A stretch of DNA of 64,000 nucleotides, taken from contig CAVVMW010000022.1 in the NCBI GenBank assembly GCA_963749495.1, positions 384,001 to 448,000 of the forward strand. Direction: 5' to 3'. Origin of the DNA: an uncultured bacterium (GTDB taxonomy: Bacteria; Verrucomicrobiota; Verrucomicrobiia; Limisphaerales; UBA8199). The notes beneath the pieces were generated by a model. It saw nothing but the letters and a program-made list of their open reading frames with translations, made no database searches and had not been told where the DNA came from. Shown here in pieces: positions 8,436 to 17,633 of this stretch. The stretch's first letter is position 1, and every line of letters begins with the position of its first letter. A program made the position numbers and the translations under genes.

Positions 8436-11400
8436 ATGCGCAAGTGCAACTGCTCTGGAAATTGCGGACCTCAAAGCAACGGCCTGAATCGGCGCGAGTT
8501 CATCGGCCTGGTGGGGGCCGGCACGGCGGCGCTCCTGGCCGGCCCCGCTTGGGGCGCCTTCGAACTGCCGCCCGACGAATTGGCGCGTTGGCGGCGCGAA
8601 CTCTACGCCCCCGCCGAATCGCGCCGCTACCTTTCGGATCGCCACACCGACGCGCGCATGCACCTGGGTGGCATCGGCACGGGCAATTTCGAGATCGGCG
8701 CCGATGGCCAGCTCACCACCTGGCAGCTTTTCAACACTCTGCGCGATGGCCATGTCCCGTTGTATTTTCTGGTCAAAGCGGGCGCCACCACGCGGTTGCT
8801 CCAGACCGCAGGCGGTCCGGAGTGGCCGCGCGTGAAGCGGATCGAGATGACCGGCGATTATCCCTTGGCCAGCCTCCGCTTCGAGGACTCCGCGCTGCCG
8901 GTCCAGATCCAGTTGACCGCCTTTACCCCCTTTGCGCCGCTGGATGCCGCGTTCTCTTCCATGCCCCTGGCCGCATTCGTCTTCGCCATCAAGAATCCTT
9001 CTCCTGAGGCCGTGACCGTCTCGGTGGCGGCGCTGGTGCAGAACCCAGTCGGCTACGACGCAGCCACCGAGAACAACTCGGCCGTGAATCCCTGCTTCGG
9101 ACACAACATCAACGGAGTGCTGCGCGAGCGGGGCGCGCGCGGACTCTACATGCGCGCCCAGGCGGCAGGCAACGCAGTCCTGGACAAACCGGTCACGATC
9201 TGCGCGACGGCAAATCTGAGGCCGCTCCAGGCCCCGCCCCCGGACCGGCCGGGCAACCTGACTCTGCAGGTCCTGGATGCCCGGGCTATGCCGCCGCAAA
9301 GACCTGCCGATCCCGCCCACACGGTTCTATGGCTGGAGGAGCCTGCCGCCAACATGTCGTCCTCGTTCCTGCGCGCCGCGCGTGAGGCCGTCCAGGCCGG
9401 CGCGACGCTGGTCTTTGCCGGCAAATCCATGCCGTTGCTGGAGGCCTACGCCACCTGGACCGGCGGCAAACCCATCGCCCAGGCCTCCCAGCGGTCCGAC
9501 CTCCTCTTCGAGGACTTCGAGCACGGCTATGACAAATGGAAGGTCCAGGGCGAGGCCTTCGGCAAAGAACCGGCCCACGGCACCCTGCCCAACCAACAGC
9601 GCGTCTCCGGCTTTCTCGGCTCGGGCCTGGTCAACAGCTTCTTGAACGGCGATGCCACCACCGGCCGGCTCATCAGCCAGCCCTTCACCATCCAACGCCG
9701 CTTCATCCGGTTCCTCATCGGCGGCGGCAGCCATCCCAACACCCAAATGCGCCTGCTCGTTGAGGACAAAGTCGTCCGGGCCGCCTCCGGCAAAGATAAC
9801 GAGCGGCTCGAACCCGGCCTCTGGGACGTTGCCGCTTTTGAAGGCAAGACTGCCCACATCGAAATTGTGGACGAAGACAAGGGCGGCTGGGGGCATATCA
9901 ATGTGGATCAGATCGAATTCACCGATTTGCCAGGAGACAGCGAGGTCATGGCGTTGCTGGAAGAACTGCTCCCGGCTCGCTTCAGCGCCGTACGGTCCTC
10001 CAGCAACCGGCCAGGGGGCCTGCCGGCCGTCGAGTTCGACAACCTGGTCCTCCAGCCCGGGGTCATGCAGTCTGAGCTTCCGGCGCCGCTGCCGGGTCCT
10101 GGCAAAGGTCCTGGGCTCATCATCCGCGCCCTCGGGCAGGGCAAGGTCGTCCTGGTCGCCGGTCCCATCCTGGACCCCGCCCATGCCGGGTTGAGCCCAC
10201 AGCGCCAGCGCGCGTACACTTTGCTTTGCGGCTTCGTTGGCGCCCGCTATTTCGCTCCGCCCGGTCTCCATCCCAAAGCGCCCGGCTTCGGCACCTTGGC
10301 CCTGGGGGTCCTGGGACAGAACGTGACGGTCCAGACCGCCATCGCGGACCTGGATGCGGCCTGGAAGGAATTTTCCTCGGTTGGCCAATTCACGCGGGTC
10401 GAGAGCGCCCAGCCCGTTCCACCGACAGGCCCCGGCTACACGATTTATGGCGCCGTCGCCGGCAGCGTCAGCGTCCCCCCCGGCGCGACCGTCGAGGTGC
10501 CCTTCCTGCTGGCCTGGCACTATCCAAACAAATACAACGGCGGCCAGACCTGGATGGGCTGCTACTACGCCACCCAGTGGAACGATGCCCGCGCCGTCAT
10601 CCACGCCGCCGCCTCGGATTTCGCTGCGCTGCGCAGCCGGACCGAGGGCTTCCGCAAGAGCTTTTACGACAGCACGCTGCCCTACTGGCTCCTGGACTGC
10701 GTCACCGCCAACGCCGCCATCATCCGCCATATCGGTGTCGTCTTCCGCATTGCCAATGGCGAGGTCTATGGCTGGGAAGGCTCCAACGGCTGTTGCACCC
10801 CCACCTGCACCCATGTTTGGGGCTACGAACAGACCTTGTCCCGGCTTTTCCCGGACCTTGAGAAGGGCATGCGCCACATCGATTTCATGCACCAGCAACG
10901 CCAGGACGGCGGCGTCAACAACCGCACCGATGTCCCCTCGCCTGCGCGCCCCAGCGGCGAGCACCCCTTCGCCGACGGCCACGCGAGCTGCATTCTCAAG
11001 GCCTACCGCGAGGCGCTCAATCACCCCGATGACTCGTTTTTCAAGGAGTATTGGCCCCACATCAAGGGCGCGGTCCAGTACCTGATCGACCGCGACGCCA
11101 AGGCCGCCGGCGGCCAGCCCGCCGGCATTCTTCAAGACGACCAGTGGAACACCTACGACGAGGCCTTGCACGGCGTCACCACCTTCATCAGCGGTTACTA
11201 CCTGGCCGCCCTGCTCGCCGGCGAGGCCTGGGCCCGCCGCATGGGCGACACCGCCACGGCCGACCGCTTCCACGGCGTCTTCGATAAAGGCCGGCAGAAA
11301 CTCATCGAACTCTGCTGGAACGGCGAATACTTCCAGCAGCACCTGCCCGATTACCTCAACCGCGAGGGAGAAGTCGGCCCCGGTTGCATGGCCGACCAAC

Positions 11401-12170
11401 TCATCGGCCAATGGTGGGCCCACCAACTGGGCCTGGGCTACATCCTCCCGCAGGAGAACGTTCTCGCCGCCCTGCGCGCCGTCTTCAAATACAATTTCAA
11501 GTCCGATCTCACCGGCTGGCAGCACGCCCCGCGCGCCTTTGCCGGCGACAAAGACAAGGGCCTCATCATCTGCACCTGGCCCAAGGGCGGGCGCCCGGGC
11601 CACGTCATGCTCTACTCAGACGAAGTCTGGACCGGCATCGAATACCAGGTTGCCGCCCACATGATCTACGAAGGACTCGTCGAGGAAGGCCTGGCCATCG
11701 TCAAGGGCGCCCGCGACCGTTACGACGGAGTGCCTCGAAAACCCATCCCGCGCAATCCCTGGAACGAAATCGAGTGCGGCGGCCACTACGCCCGCGCCAT
11801 GTCCTCCTGGTCGCTCCTGCTCGCGTTCTCCGGCTGGAACTACGACGGCCCCCGCCGCGCGCTGCGCGTGGCCCCGCGCCATATCACCCCTGAGTTCAAG
11901 TGCCCCTTTACCGGCCCGGAAGGCTGGGGCACCCTCGCCCAGTCCGGCGACGGCCAAAACCAACGCACCCAGCTCAGCCTCCAGGAAGGCCGCTTCGCCC
12001 TGGCCGAAATCTCCGTCAAAGCCCAGGCCGCGCCCCCCAGCGCCACTGTGGAGATGGAGGGCAATCCCGTGCAAAGCACCCTTGCTTTCAAAGACGGCCA
12101 TGCGGTCGTGTCCCTGAAAGAGTCCGTGACCCTCGTCGCCGGCCAGGTGCTCTCCCTGCGCCTCGGCTGA
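8436..12170 (+). CDS. GH116 glycoside hydrolase (non-lysosomal glucosylceramidase-like), Tat-exported, with inserted domains
   Basis: Tat motif NRREFIG; LGGIGTG; GWEG..CC..TCTHVWGY; QWNTYD; DQLIGQWWA; YSDEVWTGIEY; RNPWNEIECGGHYARAMSSW. Confidence 0.9.
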   Translation: MRKCNCSGNCGPQSNGLNRREFIGLVGAGTAALLAGPAWGAFELPPDELARWRRELYAPAESRRYLSDRHTDARMHLGGIGTGNFEIGADGQLTTWQLFNTLRDGHVPLYFLVKAGATTRLLQTAGGPEWPRVKRIEMTGDYPLASLRFEDSALPVQIQLTAFTPFAPLDAAFSSMPLAAFVFAIKNPSPEAVTVSVAALVQNPVGYDAATENNSAVNPCFGHNINGVLRERGARGLYMRAQAAGNAVLDKPVTICATANLRPLQAPPPDRPGNLTLQVLDARAMPPQRPADPAHTVLWLEEPAANMSSSFLRAAREAVQAGATLVFAGKSMPLLEAYATWTGGKPIAQASQRSDLLFEDFEHGYDKWKVQGEAFGKEPAHGTLPNQQRVSGFLGSGLVNSFLNGDATTGRLISQPFTIQRRFIRFLIGGGSHPNTQMRLLVEDKVVRAASGKDNERLEPGLWDVAAFEGKTAHIEIVDEDKGGWGHINVDQIEFTDLPGDSEVMALLEELLPARFSAVRSSSNRPGGLPAVEFDNLVLQPGVMQSELPAPLPGPGKGPGLIIRALGQGKVVLVAGPILDPAHAGLSPQRQRAYTLLCGFVGARYFAPPGLHPKAPGFGTLALGVLGQNVTVQTAIADLDAAWKEFSSVGQFTRVESAQPVPPTGPGYTIYGAVAGSVSVPPGATVEVPFLLAWHYPNKYNGGQTWMGCYYATQWNDARAVIHAAASDFAALRSRTEGFRKSFYDSTLPYWLLDCVTANAAIIRHIGVVFRIANGEVYGWEGSNGCCTPTCTHVWGYEQTLSRLFPDLEKGMRHIDFMHQQRQDGGVNNRTDVPSPARPSGEHPFADGHASCILKAYREALNHPDDSFFKEYWPHIKGAVQYLIDRDAKAAGGQPAGILQDDQWNTYDEALHGVTTFISGYYLAALLAGEAWARRMGDTATADRFHGVFDKGRQKLIELCWNGEYFQQHLPDYLNREGEVGPGCMADQLIGQWWAHQLGLGYILPQENVLAALRAVFKYNFKSDLTGWQHAPRAFAGDKDKGLIICTWPKGGRPGHVMLYSDEVWTGIEYQVAAHMIYEGLVEEGLAIVKGARDRYDGVPRKPIPRNPWNEIECGGHYARAMSSWSLLLAFSGWNYDGPRRALRVAPRHITPEFKCPFTGPEGWGTLAQSGDGQNQRTQLSLQEGRFALAEISVKAQAAPPSATVEMEGNPVQSTLAFKDGHAVVSLKESVTLVAGQVLSLRLG

Positions 12171-12186
12171 TTTACAGCAGAGGGAC

Positions 12187-12285
12187 GACCCCTCACCCCG
12201 GCCCTCTCCCCATCCGATGGGGAGAGGGAGTATGGTCGGCCGCCACTGGTTTCACGTTTCACGTTTCACGTTTCCCGTTCCCGTT
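12187..12285. repeat. REP family A hairpin plus (GTTTCAC)n heptamer array
   Basis: gacccctcaccccggccctctccccatccgatggggagaggg at 12187-12228 and GTTTCAC x3 from 12249, between convergent genes. Confidence 0.85.
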
Positions 12286-12318
12286 GTCGGGCAAGCTGCG
12301 GACTGCGCCGTCTGTCCC

Positions 12319-13458
12319 TTATGTCCCTTGGGCCGCTCTCAGGTCCGCCACGCACTCGACGTGCGCCGTCTGGGGGAACATATCCAGGGGGATGACCTGT
12401 TCCACGCCAAAGGCCCCTTCGGCGCACAGGAGTTTCAGGTCGCGGGCCATGGTCGCGGGGTGGCAGGAGACATAAATGATCTGCGCTGGGTGCGCGCGGC
12501 GGAGCAACCCCAGCAGTTCGGGGCGGCACCCCTTGCGGGGAGGGTCCAGCAAGACCGTGGTCGAGCGGGGCGCAAAATGCCCGAGCATTCCCGGCAGCGA
12601 TTCCTCCGCTGTGCCGGCGATGAACTGGCCGTTGGCCCGGCCGCGCGTTGCGGCGTTGCGGCGCGCGGCCGCAATCGCCAGGCGGTCTAGTTCCACCCCG
12701 GCGAATGATTCGACCAGGCCGCCCAACTCGAGGCTGAAAAAGCCAACGCCGCAATAAACGTCCACCAAGTGGCGCGCGCCCGCCTGCTGCAGACGCTCTC
12801 GCACGACCTCCACCATTTTGGGGAGCAGGAAAAAATTGTTCTGGAAGAAGGAGTCCGGTGGCACCTCCCAGCCCTCGGGCTGGACGCGCAACACGACCTT
12901 GAGGCCGCCCTTGGGCGGGGGGTGCGCGCGGACCTCGAGGATCTGCTCGTTGAGGGCCGGCTCGGCGATGAGGCATTCCTCGATGTCCACGACCAGGCGG
13001 TTGTCGGCGCGGAGGTAGCCGATGTTCAGGCCGTGCTTGAACTTGTCCCATTGGGTGCGGATCATGATGCGGTTGCGGTAGCCGTAGGGCTGCGGGCAGG
13101 CAATGACCGGGTCGATGCGCCTGGGTTCCAGGCCGCCCAGGCGTTGGAAGAGGTCGCACACCTGTTTGTGTTTGAGCCGAAGCTGGGCCGTGTAATCCAG
13201 GTGCTGGTACTGGCAGCCGCCGCATTGGCCAAAGTGGCGGCACGGGGGCGTCACCCGCTCCGGCGCGGGCTGGATCACCCTGAGCAACCGGCTGCGGGCA
13301 AACCGCTTCTTCACCTCGGTCGCTTCCGCCTCCACTACCTCGCCCAGCGCGACGAACGGCACAAACACCACGAAATCATCCAATCGCCCCACCCCTTCGC
13401 CCCCGAAGGCGATGTCGCAAATCGTCAAAGTCAGTTTGTCGCCGATGGCAAGAGACAC
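12319..13458 (-). CDS. rlmD: RlmD/TrmA-family RNA (uracil-5)-methyltransferase with TRAM domain
   Basis: TRAM N-terminus, CRHFGQCGGCQYQH Fe-S motif, SFFQNN, DVYCGVG, LDPPRKG, YVSCHPATMARDL, DMFPQTAHVEC. GTG start is inferred. Confidence 0.88.
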   Translation of the reverse strand: MSLAIGDKLTLTICDIAFGGEGVGRLDDFVVFVPFVALGEVVEAEATEVKKRFARSRLLRVIQPAPERVTPPCRHFGQCGGCQYQHLDYTAQLRLKHKQVCDLFQRLGGLEPRRIDPVIACPQPYGYRNRIMIRTQWDKFKHGLNIGYLRADNRLVVDIEECLIAEPALNEQILEVRAHPPPKGGLKVVLRVQPEGWEVPPDSFFQNNFFLLPKMVEVVRERLQQAGARHLVDVYCGVGFFSLELGGLVESFAGVELDRLAIAAARRNAATRGRANGQFIAGTAEESLPGMLGHFAPRSTTVLLDPPRKGCRPELLGLLRRAHPAQIIYVSCHPATMARDLKLLCAEGAFGVEQVIPLDMFPQTAHVECVADLRAAQGT

Positions 13459-13545
13459 ACCCGGACGGTAGTGCCGCCGCCGAGCGAACAAAAGGCGTTT
13501 CTTGCGGTAATCGGTCAGTCAAGGCAGAAAGGGAGTCCCGTGACA

Positions 13546-13881
13546 ACCCCTCAACCCGGCCCTCTGCCCTTTGGAAGGGGAGGTCCACGGCTGCCTTCAC
13601 GACGTCGCTCCGCCACGCGCGCGCTGCCCCCGGCTCACCGCGTAGCGGTGCCCGATGGTAGCCGTGGACTTCCAGTCCACGGACCCATGGGCCAAGCTCA
13701 ACCGCGTCGCGTAGCGACGCCTGAAAACCGCGATGCCGTCAGGCGTCGCTACGCGACGCGTGACCATTCCCACGCCCCGAACCGTGGACCGAGGTCCAGG
13801 GCTACCTTCACTGCGTCGCTACGCGACGCGCGATGAGTGCCACGCCCCGAACCGTGGACCGAGAGGGCCTGGGTGAGGGGT
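13546..13881. repeat. Family A hairpin interrupted by a 281-bp family E insert
   Basis: Left arm 13546-13582, right arm 13861-13881, GAG duplicated at both junctions. The internal part (about 13629-13829) closely matches the reverse complement of 8116-8315. Confidence 0.85.
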
Positions 13882-13940
13882 CTGTCCGGCACTCTGTCTT
13901 CCCGCCGTATCGGCGCTACGCGGATGGGGATCGGGCGTTC

Positions 13941-16340
13941 TCACTGCGCCCGCGCCCGGTAGAACCGGCAGCGTAGGCTCGGCGGGCCGGGGTCGCTGAA
14001 GTAAAACGGGCCGGCGCCGACGGTGTTGGTGGCGAGGTCCGTCCAATGGACCAGGTCGGTCGAGGTCTCCACGACCACGGCCTGGCCGGCGCCGGCGCTG
14101 ACATTGAAGCCGAAGAGGTTCGAGCGGACACCGAAGCTGCCATCGCTCAACAGGATGACCGGGGGCGCCGGCGCCGCGTAAGCGGTAAAGGCGAGCGTGC
14201 GGATGCAAATCGCCCCGGCGGCGTTGGTGGCTTCGAGCCGGAAGACATACAAATCCGCCACATCGGGCGTGAACGTGGGGTTGCGGACATTCGCGGCCGA
14301 GAGCGAGGCCACCGAGTCGGCGGGGCGGCGGATGACGCTCCATTGCCAGGCTACGGCGGTTTGCGGGCTGGAGTCAAGTTGGCGCAATTGCCCGACCGGC
14401 CCGACAGCCAGGTCAATCGTAGGCGCATCCGGGCAGGTGTTCGGTGTGCCGATGCGAATCGTATTGTTCCAGTAGTCCGCCACATAGACGTTGCCGGCGC
14501 TGTCCACCGCCACGCCGTATGCCCCGTTGAACTGCGCCGCGCTGCCAGTGCCGTCGGCGCTGCCAGAGGTTCCCGCGTGGCCCGCTAACGTCGTCACGAC
14601 CCCGGCCGGCGTCACCTTCCGAATCGTGGAGTTGCTGCCGTCCGTCACATACACGTTGCCAGCGCTGTCCACCGCCGCGCCATGAGGCTCGCTGAACCGG
14701 GCCGCGCTGCCCGGGCCGTCGGCGCTGCCCCAGCTTCCCGCCAGGCCCGCCACTGTCGTCACCACCCCGCCCGGCGTCACCTTCCGAATCGTGTGGTTGC
14801 CGGAGTCCGCCACATAGACGTTGCCCGCGCTGTCCACCGCCACGCCACAGGGCCCGTTGAACAGCGCCGCGGCGCCTGTGCCGTCGGCGCTGCCATAAGT
14901 TCCCGCCAGGCCCGCGAGCGTCGTCACCACGCCGCCCGGCGTGACCTTCCGAATGGTGTTGTTGCCGGTGTCGGCCGCATAGACGTTGCTCGCGCTGTCC
15001 ACCGCCACGCCCAAGGGTCCGCTGAGCCGCGCCGCGCTGCCCATGCCGTCGGCGCTGCCTTGCGCTAGCGCCAAGCCCGCCAGAGTCGTCACAACCCCCT
15101 CCGGTGTCACCCTCCGAATCGTGTCGTTAACGTACTCCGCCACATACACATCGCCGGCGCTGTCCACCGCCACGCCCCATGGCCAGCGGAACCGCGCCGC
15201 GCTGCCCGCGCCGTCGGCGCTGCCCTCAGTCCCCGCCACCCCCGCCAGGGTCGTCACCACCCCCTCCAGCGTCACCTTTCGAATCGTCTCGTTGTTGCAG
15301 TCCGCCACGTACACGCCGCCCGAGCTGTCCACCGCCACGCCGTAAGGCCCGCTGAACCGCGCCGCGCTGCCCGTGCCGTCGGCGCTCCCTCGGCATCCCG
15401 CCAGGCCCGCCAGCGTCGTCACCACCCCGCCCGGCGTCACCTTCCGAATCGTGGAGCTGCCGCCGTCCGTGAGATACACGTTGCCCGCGCTGTCCACCGC
15501 CACGCCGGATGGCCCGCTGAACCGCGCCGCGCTGCCCGTGCCGTCGGCGCTGCCCGAGCTTCCGGCCTGGCCCGCGAGCGTCGTCACCACGCCGCCCGGC
15601 GTGACCTTCCGAACGGTGTTGTTGCCGCTGTCCGCCACATAGACGTTGGCCACGCTGTCCACCGCCACGGCGGATGGATTGTCGAATTGCGCCGCGCTGC
15701 CGGTGCCGTCGGCGCTGCCCGAGCTTCCTGCGTGGCCCGCCAGGGTCGTTACCACCCCGCCCGGTGTCACCTTCCGAATCGTGTGGTCGTCCCAATCCGC
15801 CACATACACGTTGCCTGCCCTGTCCACCGCCACGCCAGCCGGCCCGCTGAACCGCGCCGCGCTGCCCGGGCCGTCGGCGCTCCCTGGGCTTCCCGCCAGG
15901 CCCGCCAGCGTCGTCACCACCCCGCCCGGCGTCACCTTCCGAATCGTAGAGGTAAAGTAATCCGCCACATACACATCGTCGGCGCAGTCCACCGCCACGC
16001 CGTTTGGCGAGTAGAAGCGCGCCGCGCTGCCCGTGGCGTCGTTGGTGCCAGGGCATCCCGCCAGGCCCGCCAGGGTCGTCACCACCCCGCCCGGCGTCAC
16101 CTTCCGAATCGTGTTGTTGAGCTCGTCCGCCACATAAACGTTGGCCGCGCTGTCCACCGCCAAGCCGCTTGGTAGGTAGAAGCGCGCCGCGCTGCCCGTG
16201 CCGTCAATGGCGCCAGGAGTCTCGTCTGGTCCGGCCAGCGTGGTGAACGTGTATTCCTGGGCTGTGGCCTGACTCGTCGCCGCCATGGTCAGGGCGGCCA
16301 GGAGCAGGGCCGCTGATAGATTGGTTGTGACGCTTTTCAT
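13941..16340 (-). CDS. Secreted NHL-repeat beta-propeller protein (11 repeats of about 55 aa) with PKD-like and C-terminal FYR modules
   Basis: Signal peptide MKSVTTNLSAALLLAALTMA; repeats DG.GSAARF..P.GVAVDSAGNVYVAD..N.TIRKVTPGGVVTTLAG; ends VVETSTDLVHW..FSDP..RFYRARAQ. Confidence 0.9.
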   Translation of the reverse strand: MKSVTTNLSAALLLAALTMAATSQATAQEYTFTTLAGPDETPGAIDGTGSAARFYLPSGLAVDSAANVYVADELNNTIRKVTPGGVVTTLAGLAGCPGTNDATGSAARFYSPNGVAVDCADDVYVADYFTSTIRKVTPGGVVTTLAGLAGSPGSADGPGSAARFSGPAGVAVDRAGNVYVADWDDHTIRKVTPGGVVTTLAGHAGSSGSADGTGSAAQFDNPSAVAVDSVANVYVADSGNNTVRKVTPGGVVTTLAGQAGSSGSADGTGSAARFSGPSGVAVDSAGNVYLTDGGSSTIRKVTPGGVVTTLAGLAGCRGSADGTGSAARFSGPYGVAVDSSGGVYVADCNNETIRKVTLEGVVTTLAGVAGTEGSADGAGSAARFRWPWGVAVDSAGDVYVAEYVNDTIRRVTPEGVVTTLAGLALAQGSADGMGSAARLSGPLGVAVDSASNVYAADTGNNTIRKVTPGGVVTTLAGLAGTYGSADGTGAAALFNGPCGVAVDSAGNVYVADSGNHTIRKVTPGGVVTTVAGLAGSWGSADGPGSAARFSEPHGAAVDSAGNVYVTDGSNSTIRKVTPAGVVTTLAGHAGTSGSADGTGSAAQFNGAYGVAVDSAGNVYVADYWNNTIRIGTPNTCPDAPTIDLAVGPVGQLRQLDSSPQTAVAWQWSVIRRPADSVASLSAANVRNPTFTPDVADLYVFRLEATNAAGAICIRTLAFTAYAAPAPPVILLSDGSFGVRSNLFGFNVSAGAGQAVVVETSTDLVHWTDLATNTVGAGPFYFSDPGPPSLRCRFYRARAQ

Positions 16341-16369
16341 AGAACGGTTAAGGGTTGAGGGGCGAGAGA

Positions 16370-16406
16370 AATGACGAATGACGAATGACGAATGACGAAT
16401 CACGAA
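16370..16406. repeat. Heptamer array (AATGACG)x4-5
   Basis: Read directly. The same unit occurs at about 22337-22364 and 32431-32456. Confidence 0.9.
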
Positions 16407-16806
16407 GGGGGGGAACTCCACACGCTGGTGAAACCCAGCATAGCGGTTCGGGGATGGGCCGGCGGGGCCGCGCGGCGGCCGGGGGGGCAGAGGCAAACGG
16501 GCGCGCCATTCCCCTGTGCAGCGGGAGCCTGGTCATTTTCCCAGACCTCGTTGTGGCCCGGTCTCTGCAATGCCCACACGCGTTCATTTGCCGCCCGAGG
16601 GGCGCTGCCCGCCAACAAAGCCAAGGCGCAGGCGGCGCCTGGCTCGGCCCACTACTCTACTGCTACTGCCTTGGGGCACAAAGAGAACAGGAAAACGTGG
16701 ACCGTGTCGATGCATTTCCGCCCGCCCCAAATCATCGGCTGGGCATTCTTTTGAGATCCGCGGAATACACGGAACACACGGAAAAGGCCCGTGTATGCCG
16801 TGGTTT

Positions 16807-17019
16807 TCAGGCTGCGCCAACCTGCGCCAAGCGGCCGAGATATTCGGAAATCTCGGCCTGAAGTTTGCGAATCTCGTCCAGGGGACCCTCGGCGAAAACC
16901 GCGAAATTTCGTGGGTTCTTGGGCAGGATGTCGGCGCGGTAGGAATCGAGAATGCGCTGCATGCGGCCCATCTGCTCGATGGCCTGCTCCAGTTGATCGG
17001 TGTCCTCAATCATAACCAC
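16807..17019 (-). CDS. Small helical protein, partner of the upstream nucleotidyltransferase-like gene
   Basis: 70 aa (MIEDTDQLEQAIEQMGRMQRIL..DEIRKLQAEISEY). Overlaps the upstream stop. Confidence 0.7.
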   Translation of the reverse strand: MVMIEDTDQLEQAIEQMGRMQRILDSYRADILPKNPRNFAVFAEGPLDEIRKLQAEISEYLGRLAQVGAA

Positions 17020-17456
17020 AGCCGCAAAACACCTTTGCGCAAGCTGCGCCGGCCGCGCACCTGCTCAAAGAATGCGAGTGCCTCGTCGTATTCCACAGTG
17101 TCTTCACGTACCGCTACCATATCAAATCCGTACCGCCTTTGCACGCTCCTTTTCGACACCAGACTGTACTGCGCCGGGGCCAGGTCGGCCCTCAAGTCGT
17201 GCCCAAGCGGGAGGACGAGCACAAGATCGATGTCGTTTGGGTCGGGCTTCATGGTGACGAAGCTGCCATCAACCAACAGGCAGCGTGCGAAGCGCGTCGC
17301 CCGCACCTCTCCAAACAAGGCCTCGAGCTTTTGGAATAGTCTCGGGCGCCGATCGGTTACTTGGAAGGAGCCGAACCTGGTCTTGATCTCGTCTATCGTG
17401 CAATCATGCACGCCGACTGGGAGCAATCCGTGGTCGTCCAGCGCGGGAATAGGCAT
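17010..17456 (-). CDS. Minimal nucleotidyltransferase-like protein (DUF6932-like)
   Basis: IPALDDHGLLPVGVHDCT..RFG; Pol-beta-type motif DGSFVTMKPDPNDIDLV; C-terminal RKGVLRL. Confidence 0.75.
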   Translation of the reverse strand: MPIPALDDHGLLPVGVHDCTIDEIKTRFGSFQVTDRRPRLFQKLEALFGEVRATRFARCLLVDGSFVTMKPDPNDIDLVLVLPLGHDLRADLAPAQYSLVSKRSVQRRYGFDMVAVREDTVEYDEALAFFEQVRGRRSLRKGVLRLWL

Positions 17457-17633
17457 GGCTCACGGTAGTGGCGGGGCCAAGAGAGCGAAAGCCATTTTTA
17501 AGGGACGAAAGGGACGAAAGCGACCAGGGAATGCCGGTCGGCGGTTCCTCTTCGGCGTCTCCTGCGTATTGTGGGGGCGGCGTTTCGCCAGAATTGGCTT
17601 TACCCGGTTCTGGATTCTTTCACAATCCGGTGC

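Noticed and set aside
9327..11603. Long antisense ORFs (for example 9327-11603, 18952-20295, 22627-24090, 25099-26475)
   Set aside because: Shadow frames of high-GC genes with no recognisable motifs.
13941..16340. Diversity-generating retroelement target in the NHL repeats
   Set aside because: No reverse transcriptase and no non-coding template repeat. The repeats are in-frame protein repeats.
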